Shown in pieces: positions 58,123-64,000 of a stretch of 64,000 bases of DNA. The translations under genes and the position numbers were made by a program. Origin of the DNA: a virus (taxonomy: Duplodnaviria; Caudoviricetes); IMG/VR virus record IMGVR_UViG_3300045391_001467, positions 17,755 to 81,754 of that record; one strand, written 5' to 3'. The notes beneath the pieces were generated by a model that was not told the DNA's origin, did not search any database, and worked only from the letters and a program-made list of their open reading frames with translations. Position 1 is the stretch's first letter. Each line of letters starts with the position of its first letter.

Positions 58123-59003
58123 GGCTTCTCCCCTTCACTGGATTGCGCGAGACTGAGCAGGGCGCGGGCGAAACCAATAATGCAATCGTCCCCGGTTCCC
58201 AATAGGTGTCTGTGCGCGAGTTCTCGTATCTCGGCATCCGTCACACCCGAAAGGGATACCGCTGCCCGCTCTTGTAGCGCTGAAACACCGGCAGAAGTCA
58301 CAATGCTTTCGCAATCTGCAAACTGGTCTTCATCCAATAGGTCGGTGAGCCGCGGCATCAGCTTCTGCATGCCGCGTCGAAGTCGATGATTTTCAATGTC
58401 GAGATGTTCGATTTCTTCTTTCGCGCCTTGGTCTTGTGGCGCTTGGGGGAGGGCGTTGGTTACCGGCCCCACAAGCGCGCCACTTTCCGCTTGCCCCAAC
58501 AGGCGCTTCGCGTTGCGAGCGTTCTGGGCAAACTCGCTACGGGTGCGATCCAAGTACGCCGACGCCTTCGCTATCTGGCGCGAAATGTCAAGCTGCTGGG
58601 AACCAGAGCCGGTTCTGTCTTGTTCATGGCTTTCCTTCGGTTGGGGCGGAAACTCATATACATTCATCGTGAACCCATATTCCGCCAGCATTCGCTGCAA
58701 GTCATAGAGCTTGTAGTTCGGGATGAAGCCGATCAGATCGCGCCAAACGTGCTCAAGCCGAGCCTGGAAGCCATCCGGCCAGTTGCGAATCACATTCAGC
58801 GGAATTTCCTTCGGCCCCGGCACGCTCGCAATGATGGCGTCGAGGTCGAGAGAGCGGATAGCATCAGCGGCCTTGTCTAGCGTGCGCTGGCCGTCGTCAT
58901 AGTCGTAGTAGCCGCCCACCGTGACAACGCGCGTTTCCTCGCACAGCTTTGCCGCTGCCTCTATCACCGCGTCCGCGATGCGCTTTGCGTAGTCGTTATT
59001 CAT
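58119..59003 (-). CDS. mosaic accessory protein
   Basis: Likely start MNNDYAK (SD GAGGAG) overlapping upstream stop. Confidence 0.6.
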   Translation of the reverse strand: MNNDYAKRIADAVIEAAAKLCEETRVVTVGGYYDYDDGQRTLDKAADAIRSLDLDAIIASVPGPKEIPLNVIRNWPDGFQARLEHVWRDLIGFIPNYKLYDLQRMLAEYGFTMNVYEFPPQPKESHEQDRTGSGSQQLDISRQIAKASAYLDRTRSEFAQNARNAKRLLGQAESGALVGPVTNALPQAPQDQGAKEEIEHLDIENHRLRRGMQKLMPRLTDLLDEDQFADCESIVTSAGVSALQERAAVSLSGVTDAEIRELAHRHLLGTGDDCIIGFARALLSLAQSSEGEKP

Positions 59004-59223
59004 TCTCAGCAAGCTCCTCAAGGTATGCGTTGTATTCGGCTGGATTGCACTTCGGGCAGGGGATGCGCCAAGTCTCAGGATCGTCACCATCGCGGTCCAT
59101 GTCACTCATGCGACCGTCGGTACACATCAAGTCCGGGTACAAAGTGGTCCCGCTGTAGCCCTGGAATCCGCATCCAGCAGGCCCAATTGCTCGGCGCTGT
59201 TTACGCCGCTGGTGTGAGTTCAT
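58996..59223 (-). CDS. small Cys-containing protein
   Basis: CGF ... C ... CPKCN; ATGA overlap. Confidence 0.6.
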   Translation of the reverse strand: MNSHQRRKQRRAIGPAGCGFQGYSGTTLYPDLMCTDGRMSDMDRDGDDPETWRIPCPKCNPAEYNAYLEELAENE

Positions 59224-59786
59224 TTGCTCTGCTCCTTCCCGGCTTGCGCGAGTGCGGCGTCAATGGCCTGGTCCATTGCATCTTCTGCGAGGATGCATTT
59301 CACGTTTCCCGCACCGTCCCGCGTCAAAACCACAGATTCAGCTACTTGAGGCTTTCCTTTTGCTGTGTTGTATCCAGCCCAGGATTCATTGCGCAGCCAC
59401 CGATACCGCGCTGCATCCCGGCTGTCCTCGCTCCGCGCTGCCTGTGGCTGCGGTGCTGCCGGTCGCTCTGCATGAAAGCCTTCCGCATAAAACGCATGTG
59501 CTACTTCCCTGAAAGGTGGTGCGTCATCAATGCTCCAGCCACGTGCATTGCATATCTGCACGAGCATTTCATCGGTCAGGATGGGCATTCCAGAAAGTAG
59601 GCGATATGGCTGCACTGTCGCGGCAGTCTTATCTGCAGATGCTGCAAGCTGCTGCCGAAGCTCCGCGTTCTGGCGTTCGAGTTCTGCGATGCTGGCTATC
59701 AGTTCGAGTTCCTGAGGAGAGCCATAGCCTTCACCATGATTGTGTCCGCAATGAAAGCAGGTTCCTCTTCTCGGCAGTAGGCTCAT
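59220..59786 (-). CDS. mosaic accessory protein
   Basis: DSRDAARYRWLR ... MDQAIDAAL motif typical of prophage early-region genes. Confidence 0.65.
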   Translation of the reverse strand: MSLLPRRGTCFHCGHNHGEGYGSPQELELIASIAELERQNAELRQQLAASADKTAATVQPYRLLSGMPILTDEMLVQICNARGWSIDDAPPFREVAHAFYAEGFHAERPAAPQPQAARSEDSRDAARYRWLRNESWAGYNTAKGKPQVAESVVLTRDGAGNVKCILAEDAMDQAIDAALAQAGKEQSK

Positions 59787-61204
59787 GACTTGTTGCCTCC
59801 CTGAGATTGATTGGATAGGGCGGCAACCAAATCACACGCCTTTTTGTACGCAGTTCCCGGAGTCCCAAGAAGCTCACTGGCGAGAACTGGATCAAGATGC
59901 CGAACTACTGATCCAAGTGCCGATTTGAAATCGGACGAGTCATCGAAATAAAGCGCAGATACTGCCGCATGCAGAGCCTTCCTCCACCCTTCCGGCACGG
60001 TCTGCTCGCTTACTGGCGCTGCGGCTGTTCTACCTGCAAGCAGTTCATGCAGAGCGCGTAACTGGTCATCAGTCAGCCGCTCTTTGAATGCAACCAAAAC
60101 ACTCTTTTGCCCCGGTGATTCAGCATCCCGCGAAACCCCTACGGCTTTCGGCAATGCGAGTGCCGCTGCTGCGGCTGGCTGGGAGCATGCAATGATCTTT
60201 GCATTTGCCCGTTCGACGGCTTCAGCGAGAGTTGTTGCTGCTGGCTGAGATAAAAGGGCACGCTTTGCAATTCGCATGCAAAGATTGAAGTCGGCTCTGC
60301 TAAGTGTGCGCCCCGCCTCTTCATGCACAATGCGCAAAGCTTCCGCCTGCTCACTCACCACTGGCGCTATCTGCGCTGGTTGCGTTGCTTCAGGTTGAGC
60401 GGGGATTTTCTGCTCGATGTAGTGCTTGCAACTCTCTGATGCGCAACCAGACTCACTCCGGCAGAAACAGGCATTCCCGCCTCCCAGCTCACAATCTGCC
60501 GGATCGTCGCTTGATTGCTGCGTTGCTTGGGCGCGGGAGAGGGCAAGCAGGGCGTATTCGCGCATGTCACGCTCACAGAACAAGGGCAACCCCAGCCCAC
60601 TATGCGCATAAGGCATCGGCAGCGACGGCAGCTCATCCACTGCGCCAGATACCGACTGCTCTGGCGCTGATGGTGTCAGAACGAAATCAATGCCGCCGAA
60701 GGATACTGGGATCGGCTCTTGCGCCTGCGATGGGCGCTTGAGAGATAGAATAAGCTCGGCCAATGCAATCAATCCGTGCTCGTATGCTTTATTCGCCGCC
60801 GCTTCTATCGCCTCGTTCCATACCTGAGCGCGAACAAGTTCGCCATCGTGCGTAGCACTATCGGACGAGGGAGGGGAGCCCGCAAGCAGCGCGGTAATTT
60901 GCAGGATCAATTCACGCTCAGAGCGCCCGCAAACCTTCTTCCAACCCTGCCTTAGATAATCAAGAGCCTCGTCTAGCGTCAGGTCATCACGCTCGCGGGC
61001 GTGATAGGACAGCGCTTCGATTATGTGCGCCGCTTTTTGCGCCTGCAGCGACGCCAGCGTATCCTGTGCCTGCAGAAGGGCGGCGAAGCGTTCGCAAATC
61101 TTCTCAGCCAATGCGTCGGCGCCCATGCTGTTGTTGCCGTCGATGGATCGGATAAACTGCGCCAGATCGTCTACGTCCAGCAGCATGTTGCGGTCAGTGG
61201 TCAT
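59783..61204 (-). CDS. long mosaic accessory protein
   Basis: 473 aa, Ala/Gln/Pro linkers joining short modules. Confidence 0.65.
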   Translation of the reverse strand: MTTDRNMLLDVDDLAQFIRSIDGNNSMGADALAEKICERFAALLQAQDTLASLQAQKAAHIIEALSYHARERDDLTLDEALDYLRQGWKKVCGRSERELILQITALLAGSPPSSDSATHDGELVRAQVWNEAIEAAANKAYEHGLIALAELILSLKRPSQAQEPIPVSFGGIDFVLTPSAPEQSVSGAVDELPSLPMPYAHSGLGLPLFCERDMREYALLALSRAQATQQSSDDPADCELGGGNACFCRSESGCASESCKHYIEQKIPAQPEATQPAQIAPVVSEQAEALRIVHEEAGRTLSRADFNLCMRIAKRALLSQPAATTLAEAVERANAKIIACSQPAAAAALALPKAVGVSRDAESPGQKSVLVAFKERLTDDQLRALHELLAGRTAAAPVSEQTVPEGWRKALHAAVSALYFDDSSDFKSALGSVVRHLDPVLASELLGTPGTAYKKACDLVAALSNQSQGGNKS

Positions 61205-61338
61205 TGCGGGCTCCTATTCAGAAAATCACGAGCAGCGTCAAGCTGCTTTTGCCATGCAGCGGTTGATTGCCACGTTGAAATGAATGCGTTGTCTAGTGCA
61301 TCAACAAGAGCTTTCAGGAATTCTCTGGCATCCGTCAT
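61201..61338 (-). CDS. 45 aa protein, first gene of island
   Basis: SD GGGAG, MTDAREFLKALVDAL..., TGA overlaps next ATG. Confidence 0.55.
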   Translation of the reverse strand: MTDAREFLKALVDALDNAFISTWQSTAAWQKQLDAARDFLNRSPQ

Positions 61339-61523
61339 GTTCAATCTCTCCCTGCGCTATCGCGCTCAATAGTACCAATTAAAATTAAACTTATCAACAT
61401 ATAATACATAGTAAATTACTACACGCATGACAATGATACTACAACACATCTTGTTTGACAAATAATTTTACTCTATACCCAAACAATCAAATCCAAAAAC
61501 CTCGTTAAATAAAAACAGCCCTA

Positions 61524-61552
61524 ATCATATCTCTACGAACAGGGCTTGTCAA
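61524..61552 (-). promoter_or_regulatory. sigma70-type promoter upstream of the island
   Basis: TTGACA-17-TATGAT; overlapped by AGCCCT/AGGGCT inverted repeat. Confidence 0.75.
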
Positions 61553-61559
61553 GATAAAA

Positions 61560-61575
61560 TTCTAATTATTGAGAA
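61560..61575. promoter_or_regulatory. TTCTCA-N4-TGAGAA palindrome, copy 7 (one mismatch)
   Basis: ATTCTAATTATTGAGAAT, 7 nt upstream of the -35 at 61552. Confidence 0.6.
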
Positions 61576-61577
61576 TT

Positions 61578-62426
61578 TCAATGAACTGCTGCTTCCTTAG
61601 CTTGCATCGCATTAATGTACTCCAGCAGCTTCATGCTCATCTCCATCAACTCCTTTTTATCAATGTCAAGAGGAATTACAAGATTTAGATGCTCCGTTTT
61701 AAGTGTAGCAACCCCTTCTACATCACTAGCTCTACGACCTCTGGCAGCACGATCTTGTGTAATTGCTTGTCCTATCATCTGAGCTGTTTCAGAAGCAAGT
61801 TGTTCTTCTTTTTCATCTGCCCTAACGTTTGCAGTGGTTTTAATTTCCTCTTCTTTGCCAATTGCCTTTGGCTGTTCTCGTAAAGATTCCTGCTTAGGTT
61901 TCACAACAGGCTTCTTACCAACTAAGGCAAGCACACTGTTGATACCGGTAAAATTATATTGTTCCAATTGAGCAACAATCTTCTGAATAGCATTCCTATC
62001 TTTAGCTTTGCCAATCCAAGAGACAATTTCCTCATGACCTATGTGAACAAACAATGCAGCACTAGCATCAATGCGCCTACGAACAGTTTTATAGTGCTCG
62101 TCAGAAATGTTTTCAGACTTGTACCCAGCTTCAACGTACACAGCCTGTAGCAATTTCTTTGTAGCAAGCGATACACCCTCATTTTCAGCGAATAATACCA
62201 GTCCTGTTGCAAGTTCAACATCAAGGGCTTGTTTGCTCCAAGATGCGGCATCCATGATAGCATCTACCATTGCTTTTTGTGTAACGGGACGAAAAGCAGA
62301 TTTTGCAGCTTGCTTGTCTGCCTCACTCATAGCCCCAGCAACAATATGTGCAGGCGTGTTATTAGCAACAGACTTGTTGATGTTTTTAACAGCGTTCATT
62401 GTATTTCTCCTATAAAGATTGTACAT
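61578..62426 (-). CDS. hypothetical helical protein
   Basis: 282 aa; likely start MNAVKN. Confidence 0.65.
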   Translation of the reverse strand: MYNLYRRNTMNAVKNINKSVANNTPAHIVAGAMSEADKQAAKSAFRPVTQKAMVDAIMDAASWSKQALDVELATGLVLFAENEGVSLATKKLLQAVYVEAGYKSENISDEHYKTVRRRIDASAALFVHIGHEEIVSWIGKAKDRNAIQKIVAQLEQYNFTGINSVLALVGKKPVVKPKQESLREQPKAIGKEEEIKTTANVRADEKEEQLASETAQMIGQAITQDRAARGRRASDVEGVATLKTEHLNLVIPLDIDKKELMEMSMKLLEYINAMQAKEAAVH

Positions 62427-62676
62427 GTTTGTGAAAATTTAAGAAGCATTTTCATTTCGTGCTTCCATGAGACGTACTTTATAAGAGATAGTTCCCGCTG
62501 TCTTTGATATTTGTCAATATTCTAACTTTTTACCTTCCAAGCTATCCTTTCTTGTAAGCAATAAAAGCATTCTGTCGTGACTTACAACACCCCTAGCCTT
62601 GGCTGCAACACTTCCGTACATTTCCCACATGAAATACCAATTCTTTAGTTGTTTTAATGCAAGATGAACTGCTTTA

Positions 62677-62868
62677 TTAGTCATAAATACCTACTTCTAT
62701 GAACTCACCTTCGCTGTTAAAAAGATACTCTGTATAAAGATTACAATAAGCACACATTTTTCTACTACCGGCTGTCAATCTAATGGCTTTATCAGGATAG
62801 TAAAGGACATGCTCAAAATCTAAGCCAAACTCTACCAGCAATTCCTTCAATTTCTCATAATCAGTCAT
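62677..62868 (-). CDS. hypothetical protein
   Basis: 63 aa, ATGA overlap with ligase stop. Confidence 0.55.
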   Translation of the reverse strand: MTDYEKLKELLVEFGLDFEHVLYYPDKAIRLTAGSRKMCAYCNLYTEYLFNSEGEFIEVGIYD

Positions 62869-64000
62869 TTCATTCCGCCATTCTTTGCAGATTGAAGTTG
62901 TGCACGAATGCGTTCGCTACTGTCTGCTTCATTTTTGTCGTACCTGTGTTCAACGAAGATTGGCAAAAACAATGAGTCAACATTACTACCTTCCCTTGAG
63001 ACAACATCATTAGCTTTGATTGTCACAATACAACCAATAGGCAAATCCCCTATACGAATTGCTTCCCAAGCATCCTTGCGCTGTTGGTCGGAAAATCCCG
63101 ACCCTACATTTGTCACAATCTTGTCATCAGAAGATGCAACAGTGTAACCTCCAAGCATCCCTTTAGCCTTACCTTCACCTTCGTAATAACCTACTATTTT
63201 CATCTCACATTCAAACTCAATTTTCAACTTTACGTTGTAGGGGCTTGTATGATTTCGCCACTCAGCGCTCGGGTCTTTGATAACAGCACCTTCAAGCCCT
63301 TGCGCTGTATAAGACGAATAAATTTTGTAGGCTTCTTGTAGATTATTGACGACGTGTGACTCTATTGCTTCAATGTTAGGGCACTCATTTGCAAACTTCA
63401 GAAGCTTATCTAAACGATGTGAATATTCAACACTACATAGACCTTCTTTAAAGTCCAGAACCGGAATGGCATCCCATGCTTCCATACAAAAGTTGTATTT
63501 ATCAAATTCTTTTTCATCTTCACCCTGAAGAATTGAATTCAACACACCATTACCTACTTTACGTGAGAGCGGAAGTGCTCGACATTGTCCTGATGGATAT
63601 ACAAGCAACTCTCCAGCCAATACAACATTGACATCCTCTGGCAATCCTTCGGCTAGCGACGTTGCCATCCACTGCGGATATATGCTACCATTGCGTGTAA
63701 AAGCTTTTGGAGGCTCGTTAACATCTTTCATTAGATACAAGAATGATCCATCTGCTTTCTTTTGAACGATTATTTCCTTCAAGTTATCAAAATGCTTGAG
63801 GATTTTATCTGTCATTAAACTACACCTCATATATGGCGGAATAAAGAACAATCCGGGCCAAGTCTTTAGCACCATAGTTTCTCCAACATTTGTGCCTGCA
63901 ATTTTGCGCTTAATGATATGCTCTAACAACTCAATACCTTCAAAATCCATAGATGATGCTGTTGCTTTAAGGATGTTGGTAGCCTTACTGCCTGTATAAA
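62865..64000 (-). CDS. lig: ATP-dependent DNA ligase (N-terminus beyond window)
   Basis: QKKADG motif I, EGAVIK, VKLK, NVGSGF, SLFLPIF; frame stays open from 63950 to the window edge. Confidence 0.92.
   Translation of the reverse strand, partial: YTGSKATNILKATASSMDFEGIELLEHIIKRKIAGTNVGETMVLKTWPGLFFIPPYMRCSLMTDKILKHFDNLKEIIVQKKADGSFLYLMKDVNEPPKAFTRNGSIYPQWMATSLAEGLPEDVNVVLAGELLVYPSGQCRALPLSRKVGNGVLNSILQGEDEKEFDKYNFCMEAWDAIPVLDFKEGLCSVEYSHRLDKLLKFANECPNIEAIESHVVNNLQEAYKIYSSYTAQGLEGAVIKDPSAEWRNHTSPYNVKLKIEFECEMKIVGYYEGEGKAKGMLGGYTVASSDDKIVTNVGSGFSDQQRKDAWEAIRIGDLPIGCIVTIKANDVVSREGSNVDSLFLPIFVEHRYDKNEADSSERIRAQLQSAKNGGMK

Larger units (their letters stand above)
57676..61370 (-). mobile_element. 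GC-rich island of temperate-phage-type accessory genes
   Basis: Sample 60-nt lines 58-68 percent GC versus about 35 percent in flank; six coupled genes; sharp edges. Confidence 0.85.

Noticed and set aside
61455-61480. + strand TTGACA facing the island promoter
   Set aside because: No -10 at valid spacing
62484-62517. TTGACAAATATCAA on - strand, identical to the start of the 69-97 promoter
   Set aside because: No credible -10 at 16-18 nt spacing
25344-63999. Plus-strand ORFs over the - arm (e.g. 26520-27134, 57559-58389, 58386-58880, 59025-59600)
   Set aside because: Antisense shadows; the long ones in the island reflect fewer stops at high GC; 26520-27134 crosses the intron by chance
1-64000. 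CRISPR array, rRNA, integrase/att site, IS element, DGR or retron
   Set aside because: No regular repeat-spacer series, rRNA-like sequence, recombinase, transposase or reverse transcriptase motifs seen

Overview
64 kb of a tailed dsDNA phage genome, AT-rich overall, with a long non-contractile tail (siphovirus morphotype). No integrase, repressor or phage RNA polymerase is visible, so it looks lytic as far as this window shows. The + arm (179-23185) runs terS, tRNA-Thr, terL, portal, S49 protease, scaffold, decoration protein, lambda gpE-type capsid, neck, tail tube, G/GT chaperones (GGGAAAG frameshift), tape measure, lectin module, tail tip, then holin, GH19 endolysin and spanins. The - arm (23250-64000) carries DNA and nucleotide metabolism genes: class Ia RNR, exonuclease, deaminase, SSB-like protein, dNMP kinase, family A DNA polymerase, UvrD-like helicase, primase-helicase, pyrimidine-dimer glycosylase, ThyX and an ATP-dependent ligase that runs off the window. 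Features the ORF track does not show: two ORF-less group I introns (in nrdA and polA); an intein in the polymerase; two promoter-driven tRNA-like RNAs (one lacking a D-arm, one 106 nt ending in CCA); three nucleotidyltransferase-fold genes; a three-gene paralog array ending W-N-[ST]-S-x-C-stop next to one of them; a recurring TTCTCA-N4-TGAGAA palindrome near DNA-metabolism genes; a 3.7 kb GC-rich island of temperate-phage-type genes; and two single-lesion pseudogenes. Protein family calls come from motif recognition by eye, not from database searches.
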